47,224 bases of DNA, taken from the IMG/VR virus record IMGVR_UViG_2778261507_000009, positions 1 to 47,224 of that record. One strand, 5' to 3'. Below are positions 18,531 to 29,171 of the stretch, in pieces (the first letter of the stretch is position 1; each line of letters begins with the position of its first letter). The notes beneath the pieces were generated by a model, which was not told where the DNA came from, ran no database searches, and saw only the letters and a program-made list of their open reading frames with translations. The stretch comes from a virus. Its lineage: Duplodnaviria; Heunggongvirae; Uroviricota; Caudoviricetes. Made by a program: the position numbers and the translations under genes.

Positions 18531-18889
18531 ACGAATATCAGTTTGTGCTTCCATACCCGCCGTCGCTGAACACCTACTGGCGAAGAAGGGGAAGCCAATA
18601 CTACATCAGCGATAAAGGCCAGAAATACCGAAAAGACGTTCAGCAAATCATCCGCCAACTTAAGTTAGACATTTTCACCAAATCACGACTCCGCATCAAA
18701 GTCATCGCAGACGTTCCAGACTCCCGCCGCCGCGACCTCGACAACATCCTGAAAGGTTTACTCGACTCCCTTATCCACGCCGGATTTGCGGAAGACGACG
18801 AGCAATTCGATGACATTCGCGTAATTCGTGGTGTGAAAGTACCAGGCGGAAGGCTTGGAATAAAAATCACCGAACTGGAGAACGTATGA
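18527..18889 (+). CDS. rusA: RusA Holliday junction resolvase
   Basis: 120-aa ORF; PDSRRRDLDN motif matches RusA catalytic region. Confidence 0.8.
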   Translation: MNEYQFVLPYPPSLNTYWRRRGSQYYISDKGQKYRKDVQQIIRQLKLDIFTKSRLRIKVIADVPDSRRRDLDNILKGLLDSLIHAGFAEDDEQFDDIRVIRGVKVPGGRLGIKITELENV

Positions 18890-19074
18890 ACGCCACAATT
18901 CAAACGATACCAGAGCTTCTTATCCACACACGAGGCAATCAGACCGAAGTGGCAAGGATGCTTTCCTGCGCAAGAGGAACAGTGCTCAAGTACAACCGAG
19001 ACAGCAAAGGCGAGCGTCACGTAATAGTTAACGGCGTCCTGATGGTCAAACAGGGCAAAAGGGGAAGACGATGA
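18886..19074 (+). CDS. ninH: NinH-like protein
   Basis: 62-aa ORF; GNQTEVARMLSCARGTV resembles lambda NinH. Confidence 0.55.
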   Translation: MNATIQTIPELLIHTRGNQTEVARMLSCARGTVLKYNRDSKGERHVIVNGVLMVKQGKRGRR

Positions 19075-19589
19075 GCATAAGAGAACTAAACCTCACCAAA
19101 GAACAGCACGATTGGCTGAATGGCTGGCTTGAACTGTGGGGTGCATGGGTTTACTCAGGTCGCCTGGAAAAGCGCATGAGCAGCGTAATAGCGAAGTTCA
19201 TGGAGAGCGTAGAGCCGGGAAGAGTTATGACAAGGCCAATGTGTAATGATGATGATGGAATGTTGATTTCTCAGGTCGTCGATTCCGTCATGTACATTGA
19301 CAAGAAAGCCTTTGGCATCCTCCTCAGCTACTACGCTCATGGTTCATCTAAGCGAGCAATTGCATCCTACTATCACGCGACTGCAAAGCCACGCAAGATG
19401 TGTGGGCGTGGTGGTGAGGGATGGAGAAAACCTTCACTGGCAACCTGTAGAAATGAAATTGACGACATCCTGAAAGCGTCGTTATTTGTTTTGTACCAAC
19501 CAATGCAAAATGCTTTCAAAATGCGTAAACGTGTTGAGAAAGTTAAGCATGTTGCTGTTAAAAGCCTTGACATGCAATTAGCCATTTAG
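19071..19589 (+). CDS. Late gene antiterminator Q-like protein
   Basis: 172-aa ORF in the Q position between nin/rusA and the lysis cassette; not lambda Q in sequence. Confidence 0.45.
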   Translation: MSIRELNLTKEQHDWLNGWLELWGAWVYSGRLEKRMSSVIAKFMESVEPGRVMTRPMCNDDDGMLISQVVDSVMYIDKKAFGILLSYYAHGSSKRAIASYYHATAKPRKMCGRGGEGWRKPSLATCRNEIDDILKASLFVLYQPMQNAFKMRKRVEKVKHVAVKSLDMQLAI

Positions 19590-19598
19590 CCATAATTA
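19567..19598 (+). promoter_or_regulatory. Candidate late promoter pR' (TTGACA -35, CATAAT -10)
   Basis: Consensus-like -35 and -10 at the 3' end of Q, just upstream of the tR' hairpin. Confidence 0.3.
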
Positions 19599-19607
19599 GA
19601 AGGTAAG

Positions 19608-19648
19608 CTGCCGTTAGTGACTCTTAAGTTGCAACGGTGGCTTTTTTT
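19608..19648 (+). terminator. tR'-like intrinsic terminator
   Basis: Stem CTGCCGTT/AACGGTGG (with wobble pairs) followed by CTTTTTTTG. Confidence 0.5.
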
Positions 19649-19670
19649 GTTTGCACAACAGGTAAGAGCA

Positions 19671-19724
19671 TTGCGCGCCTGACGAGTCCATGAGGGACGA
19701 AACGCATTAGCGTCGCGCGGAGTA
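19671..19724 (+). ncRNA. Hammerhead ribozyme motif (type I topology) in late-operon leader
   Basis: Stem I GCGCG/CGCGC, core CUGACGA, stem II GUCC-AUGAG-GGAC, GAA, stem III ACGC-AUUA-GCGU, cleavage C at 19714; all conserved core nucleotides present. Confidence 0.6.
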
Positions 19725-20185
19725 TCCCCAGCCGGGGAATAACTGGATACCAGGGGAGACAACCCTAAGCGCATTTACGAGTGTGTTTAGGGCGTGGGTC
19801 GGCAATGACTCCCTGTGCAGCCGACATCTGGCCCGGCAACATACAGTGCTCTTTCCGTTGTGCTGAATTAAGCGAATACCGGAAGCAGAACCGGATCACC
19901 AAATGCGTACAGGCGTCATCGCCGCCCAGCAACAGCACAACCCAAACTGAGCCGTAGCCACTGACTATCCTGAATTCATCAGTGATAGTTATGCTGCGGC
20001 CTTCTACACATGACCTTCGTGAAAGTGGGTGGCAAGAGGTTGCGCTAACAACCTCCTGCCGTTTTGCCCGTGCATATCGGTCACGAACAAATCTGATTAC
20101 TAAACACAGTAGCCTGGATTTGTTCTATCAGTAATCGACCTTATTCCTAATTAAATAGAGCAAATCCCCTTATTGGGGGTAAGAC

Positions 20186-20509
20186 ATGAAGATGCCAGAA
20201 AAACATGACCTGTTAGCCGCCATTCTCGCGGCAAAGGAACAAGGCATCGGGGCAATCCTTGCGTTTGCAATGGCGTACCTTCGCGGCAGATATAATGGCG
20301 GTGCGTTTACAAAAACAGTAATCGACGCAACGATGTGCGCCATTATCGCCTGGTTCATTCGTGACCTTCTCGACTTCGCCGGACTAAGTAGCAATCTCGC
20401 TTATATAACGAGCGTGTTCATCGGCTACATCGGTACTGACTCGATTGGTTCGCTTATCAAACGCTTCGCTGCTAAAAAAGCCGGAGTAGAAGATGGTGGA
20501 GATCAATAA
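20186..20509 (+). CDS. S: Holin S (lambda type, dual-start MKM)
   Basis: 107-aa ORF near-identical to lambda S as recalled. Confidence 0.9.
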   Translation: MKMPEKHDLLAAILAAKEQGIGAILAFAMAYLRGRYNGGAFTKTVIDATMCAIIAWFIRDLLDFAGLSSNLAYITSVFIGYIGTDSIGSLIKRFAAKKAGVEDGGDQ

Positions 20510-20969
20510 TCAACGTAAGGCGTTCCTCGATATGCTGGCGTGGTCAGAGGGGACTGATAACGGACGTCAGAAAACCAGAAATCATGGTTATGACGTCATT
20601 GTAGGCGGAGAGCTATTCACTGATTACTCAGATCACCCTCGCAAACTTGTCACGCTAAACCCCAAACTCAAATCAACAGCTGCAGGCCGTTACCAGCTTC
20701 TTTCCCGTTGGTGGGATGCCTATCGTAAGCAGCTTGGCCTGAAAGATTTCTCTCCGAAAAGCCAGGACGCTGTGGCATTGCAACAGATTAAAGAGCGTGG
20801 CGCTTTACCGATGATTGATCGCGGTGATATTCGTCAGGCTATCGACCGTTGCAGCAATATCTGGGCTTCACTGCCTGGCGCTGGTTATGGTCAGTTCGAG
20901 CATAAGGTTGACAGCCTGATTGCAAAATTCAAAGAAGCTGGCGGAACGGTCAGAGAGATTGAGGTATGA
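20493..20969 (+). CDS. R: Endolysin R (lytic transglycosylase)
   Basis: 158-aa ORF near-identical to lambda R as recalled. Confidence 0.9.
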   Translation: MVEINNQRKAFLDMLAWSEGTDNGRQKTRNHGYDVIVGGELFTDYSDHPRKLVTLNPKLKSTAAGRYQLLSRWWDAYRKQLGLKDFSPKSQDAVALQQIKERGALPMIDRGDIRQAIDRCSNIWASLPGAGYGQFEHKVDSLIAKFKEAGGTVREIEV

Positions 20970-21403
20970 GCAGAGTCACCGCGATTATCTCCGCTCTGGT
21001 TATCTGCATCATCGTCAGCCTGTCATGGGCTGTTAATCATTACCGTGATAACGCCATGACCTACAAAGAGCAGCGCGATAAGGCCACATCCACAATCGCT
21101 GACATGCAGAAGCGTCAACGTGATGTAGCAGAACTTGACGCCAGATACACAAAGGAGCTTGCTGATGCTAACGCGACTATCGAAAGCCTCCGTGCTGATG
21201 TTTCTGCTGGGCGTAAGCGCCTGCAAGTCGCCGCCACCTGTGCAAAGTCAACGACCGGAGCCAGCAGCATGGGCGATGGAGAAAGCCCAAGACTTACAGC
21301 AGATGCTGAACTCAATTATTACCGTCTCAGAAGTGGAATCGACAGGATAACCGCGCAGGTTAACTACCTGCAGGAATACATCAGGACGCAATGCCTTCGA
21401 TGA
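20966..21403 (+). CDS. Rz: Spanin inner-membrane subunit Rz
   Basis: 145-aa ORF with N-terminal TM segment, lambda Rz-like. Confidence 0.8.
   Translation: MSRVTAIISALVICIIVSLSWAVNHYRDNAMTYKEQRDKATSTIADMQKRQRDVAELDARYTKELADANATIESLRADVSAGRKRLQVAATCAKSTTGASSMGDGESPRLTADAELNYYRLRSGIDRITAQVNYLQEYIRTQCLR
21165..21350 (+). CDS. Rz1: Spanin outer-membrane lipoprotein Rz1 (embedded in Rz, +1 frame)
   Basis: Embedded ORF with lipobox LLGVSAC and Pro-rich mature region. Confidence 0.6.
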   Translation: MLTRLSKASVLMFLLGVSACKSPPPVQSQRPEPAAWAMEKAQDLQQMLNSIITVSEVESTG

Positions 21404-21839
21404 TAGCGATAATTTTACTCATCATCCTTCACATCTAGCTCTGTAGACAGGGTGATGATCACTTCTGGAGTGAATCCAGATTAAACATCTCATTGCTGAT
21501 GCTTGATATTGAGCATCTGGCGCGCGGTAAGGGGCTGCGTTGAGATAAGAGCCAGTTCATTACAAAGCCTATCTACGGGTGGGCTTGATAATGAAACCGG
21601 AATTTATTCTGGGCAACCAGTTACGGCAGTACAGCGAAACAACCCAAGCCAGTAAGTGGGGAAATAACACTGGCAGCCACTGAAAGATGAACCTCCTGCC
21701 TTATGGCAAAAAAGATTCTTTGTGGTGTCGGACTGATGGAAAGACATCGGATAGAATCAAGCAGTGGCTAGGGTAGCTCCCGAAAAGCGGACTCGTCACC
21801 GCCTGCCACTGAATCTATGGCGAACAACTAGACGAGGTT

Positions 21840-22058
21840 GTGATGGATGATAACGGAAACCAATGGATCAATGTTGAACACCGGCTACCAGAAAGCAAAG
21901 AAGGGATGTGGTCTAAAGAGGTTATAGCTCTTACTGATACTGGTGACGTGTTCAAACTATCATGTATGGGCTCTTACTGGCAGAGAACCAAGGCATTCAT
22001 CGATTCAGGAGCAAGCAAGGTTACACACTGGATGCCGCTTAATTACCCAGATGATTAA
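21840..22058 (+). CDS. Hypothetical protein (DUF551-like)
   Basis: 72-aa ORF followed by terminator hairpin. Confidence 0.45.
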   Translation: MMDDNGNQWINVEHRLPESKEGMWSKEVIALTDTGDVFKLSCMGSYWQRTKAFIDSGASKVTHWMPLNYPDD

Positions 22059-22076
22059 AACGGATGAAAAATGAAA

Positions 22077-22100
22077 GGTCGCTCAGGCGGCCTTTTTTAT
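22077..22100 (+). terminator. Intrinsic terminator
   Basis: Stem AGGTCGC/GCGGCCT (one G-U pair), loop TCAG, followed by TTTTTTATT. Confidence 0.6.
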
Positions 22101-22205
22101 TGCCATCACAAAAGCCATTCCCTACAGAGTGGCTTTGATAATGGCTTATACCCTACACGGGATAACTTAACTGATATCCCTTTTAACGGATAAACGGAGC
22201 CAACA

Positions 22206-22448
22206 ATGGCAGAGATTATTCCCATGACTGAAGAACAGAAATTCAAGTTAGAAATTTACCGACTGCTATCTAAGAACAATTCAGCGGCAGAGGAAGCTTT
22301 TGCATTCATTGGTGCTGACCAACTGAAACTGGAATTGTTCAAGTTGCACTACAACGATGGCGGTGCAAATCCAGACTTCACATCTCGCACTATCGAAGCG
22401 GTGCGTAAATCGAAGGAAGCGTTAGACCTGTTCACTACCGGAGCGTAA
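22206..22448 (+). CDS. Hypothetical protein upstream of terminase
   Basis: 80-aa ORF with RBS. Confidence 0.45.
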   Translation: MAEIIPMTEEQKFKLEIYRLLSKNNSAAEEAFAFIGADQLKLELFKLHYNDGGANPDFTSRTIEAVRKSKEALDLFTTGA

Positions 22449-22527
22449 ACATGGCAACTCAAGGTTTCGACAACCCATCCAAATTCCGCGATGAATGGGA
22501 TAAGCAAGCAGAAGGGAAATAATCAAT

Positions 22528-23016
22528 ATGGCAGCACCAAAGGGCAACCGATTTTGGGAGGCCCGCAGTAGTCATGGGCGAAACCCTAAATTCGAATCGC
22601 CTGAGGCGCTGTGGGCTGCTTGTTGTGAATACTTCGAGTGGGCTGATGATAACCCGCTATGGGAGGGTAAGGTATTTTCATATCAGGGAGAAATAATTAA
22701 GGCTAATGTCCCTAAGATGCGAGCCATGACTATTTCAGGATTGTGTACCTTCCTTGATATCACCAGGCAAACATGGGGAACCTTCCGGTCAATGGAAGGT
22801 TTTTCTGACGTCACATCACGAGCGGAAGACATCATCTACGACCAGAAATTCTCTGGCGCAGCCGCTGACCTTCTCAACGCTAACATCATCGCCCGTGATT
22901 TGGGCCTCAAAGAGCAGTCGCAAGTTGAAGACGTGACACCTGATAAGGGAGATCGCGATAAGCGGCGCTCTCGTATCAAGGAGCTATTCAACCGTGGAAC
23001 TGGACGCGATTCTTGA
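22528..23016 (+). CDS. Terminase small subunit (P22 gp3-like)
   Basis: 162-aa ORF; [40 protein letters not shown] matches P22 gp3 as recalled. Confidence 0.85.
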   Translation: MAAPKGNRFWEARSSHGRNPKFESPEALWAACCEYFEWADDNPLWEGKVFSYQGEIIKANVPKMRAMTISGLCTFLDITRQTWGTFRSMEGFSDVTSRAEDIIYDQKFSGAAADLLNANIIARDLGLKEQSQVEDVTPDKGDRDKRRSRIKELFNRGTGRDS

Positions 23017-24490
23017 TAACCTGAGCGACGAAGAGCAAATCGAATTGCTCGAACTACTCGAAGAAGAAGAGAACTACCGGAACACACACCTGCTATATGA
23101 ATTTACGCCATACAGCAAACAGCGTGAGTTCATCGACGCCGGACATGACTATCCAGAGCGATGTTTTATGGCTGGTAACCAGCTTGGTAAGTCATTTACT
23201 GGTGCTGCTGAAGTCGCGTTTCACCTTACCGGGCGTTATCCGGGAACAAAAGGCTATCCGGCTGATGGTAAATATGGCGGGGAGTGGAAAGGTAAGCGTT
23301 TCTATGAGCCTGTTGTCTTCTGGATTGGTGGAGAGACAAACGAGACTGTAACCAAAACGACTCAACGCATCCTGTGCGGTCGTATCGAAGAGAATGATGA
23401 GCCTGGCTACGGCTCCATACCGAAAGAGGACATCATTAGCTGGAAGAAGTCTCCTTTCTTTCCGAACCTTGTTGATCACCTTCTGGTTAAGCATCACACG
23501 GCTGATGGCGTTGAAGATGGCATTTCAATCTGCTACTTCAAGCCATACTCGCAAGGTCGTGCTCGCTGGCAGGGTGACACAATCCACGGAGTGTGGTTTG
23601 ACGAAGAACCACCATACAGCATTTATGGCGAAGGGCTTACCCGTACCAACAAATACGGGCAATTCTCAATCCTGACGTTTACCCCGCTGATGGGGATGTC
23701 TGACGTTGTTACCAAGTTCCTGAAGAATCCCAGCAAGTCGCAGAAAGTGGTCAACATGACCATCTATGACGCTGAGCACTATACCGACGAGCAGAAAGAG
23801 CAAATCATCGCATCCTATCCAGAGCATGAGAGAGAGGCTCGAGCTCGCGGTATTCCTACGATGGGTAGTGGTCGAATCTTCCAGATACCGGAAGAGACGA
23901 TTAAGTGTCAGCCGTTCGAGTGTCCTGATCACTTCTACGTAATTGGCGGTATGGATTTCGGATGGGATCACCCGCAGGCGCAGGTTCAGCTTTGGTGGGA
24001 TAAGGACGCAGACATAATCTACCTTTCACGCGTTTGGAAGGCGAAAGAAAAGACAGCCGTTCAGGCGTGGGGAGCTGTTAAACCATGGGCGCATAAAGTG
24101 CCAACCGCATGGCCTCATGACGGAAACCAGCACGAAAAGGGAGGCGGCGCTCAGCTCAAGGAACAATACGCCGACGCTGGGTTCGACATGTTGCCAGATC
24201 ATGCAACATGGCCTGATGGAGGTAATGCGGTCGAACCCGGGATAGCAGAGATACGCGACATGATGCTCGACGGTCGTTTCAAGGCATTTAACACCTGCGA
24301 GCCATTCTTTGAAGAGTTTCGCCTGTATCACCGCGATGAGAACGGGAAGATCGTCAAGCTAAACGACGACATCCTTTCTGCTGTTCGCTATGGCTACATG
24401 ATGAGGCGTTTTGCAATACAGATGCGAGACATCAAAGATCCTAAAGAGATTGATTACTCAAGCTACAACATACCTTGCGGAGTTGGATGA
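22994..24490 (+). CDS. Terminase large subunit (P22 gp2-like)
   Basis: 498-aa ORF overlapping small subunit end; P22-type TerL size and position. Confidence 0.85.
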   Translation: MELDAILDNLSDEEQIELLELLEEEENYRNTHLLYEFTPYSKQREFIDAGHDYPERCFMAGNQLGKSFTGAAEVAFHLTGRYPGTKGYPADGKYGGEWKGKRFYEPVVFWIGGETNETVTKTTQRILCGRIEENDEPGYGSIPKEDIISWKKSPFFPNLVDHLLVKHHTADGVEDGISICYFKPYSQGRARWQGDTIHGVWFDEEPPYSIYGEGLTRTNKYGQFSILTFTPLMGMSDVVTKFLKNPSKSQKVVNMTIYDAEHYTDEQKEQIIASYPEHEREARARGIPTMGSGRIFQIPEETIKCQPFECPDHFYVIGGMDFGWDHPQAQVQLWWDKDADIIYLSRVWKAKEKTAVQAWGAVKPWAHKVPTAWPHDGNQHEKGGGAQLKEQYADAGFDMLPDHATWPDGGNAVEPGIAEIRDMMLDGRFKAFNTCEPFFEEFRLYHRDENGKIVKLNDDILSAVRYGYMMRRFAIQMRDIKDPKEIDYSSYNIPCGVG

Positions 24491-26691
24491 TGGCTGATGA
24501 TAGAAAGATGACTGACTGGCATCGCAAGGTGCTGTGCAACTTTGATAATGCCTGGTCAGCAACGCAGGATATGCGAGAGCAGATTATTGAGGCTCAACGT
24601 TTCGTCCGGGTGTCCGGCGCACAGTGGGAAGGCAGCACAAACGCTGGTTACTCATTTGATGAAGGCAGGTTTGAGCATTACCCGCGTTTTGAACTGAATA
24701 AGATTGCCCGTGAATGTGATCGCATCATTGGCGAGTATCGACAGAATCGCATCAGCGTTAAATTCAGGCCGAAGGACGATAAGGCATCGGAAGCGTTAGC
24801 CGAAAAGATGAACGGCAAATTCCGCGCTGACTATCAGGAAACATCCGGTGGCGAAGCGTGTGATAACGCATTTGATGATGCTGTAACGGGCGGATTCGGT
24901 TGTTTCCGCATGTGTGCCGATTACGAAGATGAAATGGATCCGAGTAACGAGCAACGCCGTATAAGCCTTCTTCCTGTTTACGACCCAGCGACATGCGTCT
25001 TCTTCGATCAGGACAGCAAGCAATATGACCGCTCTGATGCTATGTGGGCTATGGAAATGTTCTCCATGACGCCTAAAGCGTTTGAGGCTGAATACCCTGA
25101 CTCCATCGCGGCAAGTCTTTCTCGTGATGACACTGGTGCTCAGTATGACTGGTCAACGCCTGATGCCATCTATGTTGGACGCTACTACGAAGTTCGCATA
25201 GAGAAGGTGAAGCTCACGGCGTGGCGCAATCCTGTCAGCGGAGAAACGGCAATCTATGATGAAGAGCAAATCAAAGATATTGTCGACGAGCTGACCGATG
25301 GTGCATTCGAACTGATTGGCGAGCGAACGGTGAAGAAGCGCCGCGTTTATTGCGGTCTTCTGTCTGGCGCTGAATGGCTGGAAGAACCGAAGCGTATTCC
25401 GGGCGAACATATTCCTCTCATCCCGGTATATGGGCGTCGCTCATTTGTTGATAATCAGGAGCGAATAGAAGGCCACGCAGCAAAAGCGATGGATGCACAG
25501 CGTCTTGAGAACCTGATGGTTTCCATGATTGCAGATAACGCTACTCAGGCTGGCGGTGATGGCATTCCTGTAGTTGATGTTGACATGATTCCTGGTCCTC
25601 TCGCCAATCATTGGGCGGAGCGCAACAAAAAGCGCCCGGCGTTCCTGCCGATGGTAAGTCTGAAAAACAAAAACGGAGATATTACTGCGCAGGCTCAGGT
25701 CAGCAGTTATACACCTCCGACACAAATGCCTCCTGCTCTTGCCGGGTTATTGCAGTACACCGGAACGGCTATTCAGCAAATTACCGGGGCTTCGCAGCTT
25801 GAGAACATGCCGAGCAACGTAGCCACCGATACCGTTGATAGCATCTTTAACCGGATGGACACGCAGTCCTATATCTACATGGACAACATGGCTAAATCCA
25901 TGCGTCGCGCTGGCGTTGTGTGGCTTTCTATGGCGCGTGAGGTCTATGGCAGTGATACGCCGATGCGTATCGTGAATGAGGACGGCAGCGATGACGTGGC
26001 GCTGATGACTGGTGAAGTGGTTGACCGTCAGACAGGGCAGGTTATCGCGCTTAACGACCTTTCGCAGGGTAACTATGAAGTGACTGTCGATGTCGGTCAG
26101 TCGTTCGCTACTCGCCGTGATGCAACGGTTAAGTCGTTACTTTCCATGCTGGCACTTATCCCACCAGGAACGCCGAAGCACGACCTTGTATCGTCGATGA
26201 TTCTCGACAATATGGACGGCGAAGGGATGGACGACCTGAAAGAATACAACCGCAATCAGTTGCTTCTGTCTGGCGTTATCAAGCCGAGAACGCCTGAAGA
26301 ACAGCAAATGGTTGAGCAGGCGAAACAACAACAGGCCAGTCAGCCAGATCCGGCTATGGTTGCAGCGCAAGGTCAGCTTCTTGCTGGTCAGGCTGAATTG
26401 CAGAAAGCGCAGAACGAACAGGCAGCCATTCAGGTTAAAGCATTCCAGGCACAGACTGATGCTCAGGTTGCAGCGGCAAATGTTGTGAAAATCCTCGCAT
26501 CTGCCGATAGCCAGCAGAAATCTGATATCCGCGAGGCTCTGAAACTGCTCGGACAGTTCCAGCAACAGCAAGGAGACAATGCCCGTGCTGATGCAGAGCT
26601 TGTCCTGAAAAGTCAGGCCCAGGGCCATGCGCAGCGCATGGACATCAGCAGCATCCTGCAAAAATCAACTCAGCAACAACCACAGCAGTAA
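24490..26691 (+). CDS. Portal protein (P22 gp1-like)
   Basis: About 733-aa ORF; conserved blocks shared with P22 portal as recalled; start 24487 or 24490. Confidence 0.9.
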   Translation: MADDRKMTDWHRKVLCNFDNAWSATQDMREQIIEAQRFVRVSGAQWEGSTNAGYSFDEGRFEHYPRFELNKIARECDRIIGEYRQNRISVKFRPKDDKASEALAEKMNGKFRADYQETSGGEACDNAFDDAVTGGFGCFRMCADYEDEMDPSNEQRRISLLPVYDPATCVFFDQDSKQYDRSDAMWAMEMFSMTPKAFEAEYPDSIAASLSRDDTGAQYDWSTPDAIYVGRYYEVRIEKVKLTAWRNPVSGETAIYDEEQIKDIVDELTDGAFELIGERTVKKRRVYCGLLSGAEWLEEPKRIPGEHIPLIPVYGRRSFVDNQERIEGHAAKAMDAQRLENLMVSMIADNATQAGGDGIPVVDVDMIPGPLANHWAERNKKRPAFLPMVSLKNKNGDITAQAQVSSYTPPTQMPPALAGLLQYTGTAIQQITGASQLENMPSNVATDTVDSIFNRMDTQSYIYMDNMAKSMRRAGVVWLSMAREVYGSDTPMRIVNEDGSDDVALMTGEVVDRQTGQVIALNDLSQGNYEVTVDVGQSFATRRDATVKSLLSMLALIPPGTPKHDLVSSMILDNMDGEGMDDLKEYNRNQLLLSGVIKPRTPEEQQMVEQAKQQQASQPDPAMVAAQGQLLAGQAELQKAQNEQAAIQVKAFQAQTDAQVAAANVVKILASADSQQKSDIREALKLLGQFQQQQGDNARADAELVLKSQAQGHAQRMDISSILQKSTQQQPQQ

Positions 26692-26781
26692 TTAACCCAT
26701 AACGTGCAATGGCTGTCTTTATGAGGCCTGGCACCCTATTGCCTTCCGATGGGCTGAACATCGAGTAAACAGGGGTAACAA

Positions 26782-27669
26782 ATGGACCAGATGGCAGAAA
26801 ACACACCAGAAGTTGAAATCGATACATCAGAGCAGATTCCTGATGATGTCAAACTGGCTGAAGAAGTCGAAACAGAAGATGGCAGTGAGTCCTCCGGCAA
26901 TGATGCAGAGGAAGCTACTGAAACTGATGACGACGAATCAGAACAGGAATTCTACTTTGGTGACGAAAAGCTGGATTCGCCAACCAGCGAAGATGGCGCA
27001 GAGCATGGACTGGTAAAACACCTGCGCAAGACGATTAAAGAGAAAGACCGCGAACTGAAAGAGCTGATGCGTCAGTCTCAGAAACCCGTCGAGCAGCAGC
27101 CGGTAATTACTCAACCACCGCGAATGCCAAAACTGGATGATGAGGACATCGGTTTCGATGAAGAAATCTATCAGCAACGCATGGCTAAGTGGGCAGAGGA
27201 TAACGGCAAGTACCAGCAACAGGAGATGACTCGCAAGCAGAAGGAGCAGGAGCTTCAGGCTGCCTATCAAGAGCGATTATCCAAATATCAGCAACGTGTT
27301 AAGGCTCTCAAAGTTCCTGGCTATCAGGAAGCTGAGCAGGCCGTACTCGAGGAAATCCCCATCGAGACACAAAACGCGATCCTGTTTGAGTCAGAGAAGC
27401 CGGAAATCGTTGTTCTGGCACTCGGTCGCAACGCTGAACTGCGCAAGCAACTGGCAGAAGCTACCAACCCCGTAGCAATTGGTCGTCTGCTGGAACGTAT
27501 CGAATCGAAGGCCAGAATCATGCCAAAAGCAAAAACCACGGCAGCCACAACCCCGACAGTTAAGGGGAGCAACGGCGCAGTAATCAACAACCTCGACAAA
27601 CTGAAAGCCAAGGCGCTGGAAACTGGTGACTGGACGCCGTATTTCGCCGCTAAAAAGGCAAAAAAATAA
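26782..27669 (+). CDS. Scaffolding protein (gp8-like)
   Basis: 295-aa acidic/helical ORF between portal and coat. Confidence 0.65.
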   Translation: MDQMAENTPEVEIDTSEQIPDDVKLAEEVETEDGSESSGNDAEEATETDDDESEQEFYFGDEKLDSPTSEDGAEHGLVKHLRKTIKEKDRELKELMRQSQKPVEQQPVITQPPRMPKLDDEDIGFDEEIYQQRMAKWAEDNGKYQQQEMTRKQKEQELQAAYQERLSKYQQRVKALKVPGYQEAEQAVLEEIPIETQNAILFESEKPEIVVLALGRNAELRKQLAEATNPVAIGRLLERIESKARIMPKAKTTAATTPTVKGSNGAVINNLDKLKAKALETGDWTPYFAAKKAKK

Positions 27670-27687
27670 CCTATCGGAGCATTAAGC

Positions 27688-28941
27688 ATGGTTAACCAAT
27701 TAGCAAAAGACCTTGAAATCATGTTCGAAAACTACGTTGAAGGCTTTGAGGCCGCCTGCGTAGTTTCCCGTAACGCTAAAAAATTCCGTCCCGGTGATAC
27801 AGCAATGCAGCGAGCAGGTGATGTTCTGTATCGTCCGCAGCATTACCACATGAACATTGAGGAAGGCCTCGACCTCAGCAGCAAAACACCAACAGCACTG
27901 GTTCAGCGCCTTGTTCCTTCTGTGTTCAAGGAGCCGAAAAACATTCTGTACACTCTGGATGCGCGTGAAATGCGTGACCCGGAACATAAAACTGAAGCTG
28001 GTCGCGCCGCAGGTATGCGCCTTGCTGCACAGATTGACTCTGACCTGATTTCCATGGTCACGCAGCGTGCTACTAACGTGATCACAATGGCTGACTCAAC
28101 CACTGGTTCACAGGGCCGTGATTTGTGGAACTGTGCGGCAGGTATTGATGCCACCATGACGGCGATTGGTGTACCTCAGGGTATCAACCGTCGCTCTTTC
28201 TGGAACCCCTTCAACTACAAAGACCTTGCTGGCGAGCTTGGTCACCGTGCCTACGCTCAGGGCGCAACCCTGACAGCATACGAAAAAGCGCAGATCCCTC
28301 CGGTTGCGTCCTTCGATAGCTACAAGACCGATATTTCTGGTCGTGTTCCGAAGGGTACAGCAACTTCCCTGACGCTGGCGGCTGAACCTGCGCACAAGGT
28401 TGAAGCGAAAGATGCCAACGATATGCCAGTGGATAACCGACAGGGGACCATTACGGTATCTGCATCTGGTTTGCAGGTTGGCGATGCGTTCACCATTGCT
28501 GGCGTGAATTCCGTACACCAGATCACCAAAGATACCACCGGGCAGCCGCAGGTATTCCGCGTTCTGGCAGTAAGCGGAACGACAGTAACTATCTCCCCGA
28601 AAATTCTGCCGCCTGACAACGCGGATGTCGCCAGCCGACCATATGCAAACGTTGATGCTAACGCGGCAAATGGTGCAGCAATTACCATTCTCAACAAAAA
28701 TGCCGCACCGGCTAACCTATTCTGGGCTGATGGTTCTGTTGAGCTGATGTACGGCAAACTGGCGTTCCCGACTGGTCAAGGTCCACAGGTAATGACAGCA
28801 ACCACCGAGCAGGGCGCTACGCTGATCATGTCTTACGCCTTCGACCACATCAAAGGCGTTACCACTGCTCGTTTCACCACTCTGTATGGTTGCTCTGTAC
28901 TTGTTCCTGAATATACGGGCATCGTTATTGCCGGGCAGTAA
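27688..28941 (+). CDS. Major capsid (coat) protein (P22 gp5-like)
   Basis: 417-aa ORF in coat position; C-terminal motifs resemble P22 coat. Confidence 0.8.
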   Translation: MVNQLAKDLEIMFENYVEGFEAACVVSRNAKKFRPGDTAMQRAGDVLYRPQHYHMNIEEGLDLSSKTPTALVQRLVPSVFKEPKNILYTLDAREMRDPEHKTEAGRAAGMRLAAQIDSDLISMVTQRATNVITMADSTTGSQGRDLWNCAAGIDATMTAIGVPQGINRRSFWNPFNYKDLAGELGHRAYAQGATLTAYEKAQIPPVASFDSYKTDISGRVPKGTATSLTLAAEPAHKVEAKDANDMPVDNRQGTITVSASGLQVGDAFTIAGVNSVHQITKDTTGQPQVFRVLAVSGTTVTISPKILPPDNADVASRPYANVDANAANGAAITILNKNAAPANLFWADGSVELMYGKLAFPTGQGPQVMTATTEQGATLIMSYAFDHIKGVTTARFTTLYGCSVLVPEYTGIVIAGQ

Positions 28942-28982
28942 TTTTGGTGGGGCTTCGGCCCCATTTTTATTGGGAGAAGACA

Positions 28983-29171
28983 ATGGCACGAACAATGCTC
29001 TATAAGCCTGGCAACATGATCACCTGTGGTCAGTTTGCTGTCGATTACATCATTGTTGATGACGAAGAAGTTAAATCTCACCTGAAAAAAGGTTGGGTAA
29101 AAACTCCTGAAGAAACCGCAACGAAGCAAAAAGTGGCTAAGGCGGAAGAAGATGGCGAAAACGAAGGGTGA
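28983..29171 (+). CDS. Small hypothetical protein
   Basis: 62-aa ORF with GGGAGAAGA RBS between coat and gp4. Confidence 0.4.
   Translation: MARTMLYKPGNMITCGQFAVDYIIVDDEEVKSHLKKGWVKTPEETATKQKVAKAEEDGENEG

Noticed and set aside
19586-19774. 62-aa minus-strand ORF across the Q-S leader
   Set aside because: Antisense to the region folding into the hammerhead and adjacent hairpins; the region is better explained as structured RNA.
19590-20185. Q-S intergenic region checked for Shiga toxin genes or phage tRNA genes
   Set aside because: Only about 600 bp with no ORF longer than 60 aa on the plus strand and no tRNA-like T-arm/acceptor pattern; too small for stxAB.
21404-21839. Post-Rz region where lambda carries bor
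   Set aside because: No ORF of 60 aa or more on either strand and no lipoprotein signal seen; left unannotated.
26137-26661. 174-aa minus-strand ORF
   Set aside because: Antisense inside the portal gene, which has strong homology support.
28108-28757. Minus-strand ORFs of 136 and 145 aa
   Set aside because: Antisense inside the coat protein gene; no independent support.
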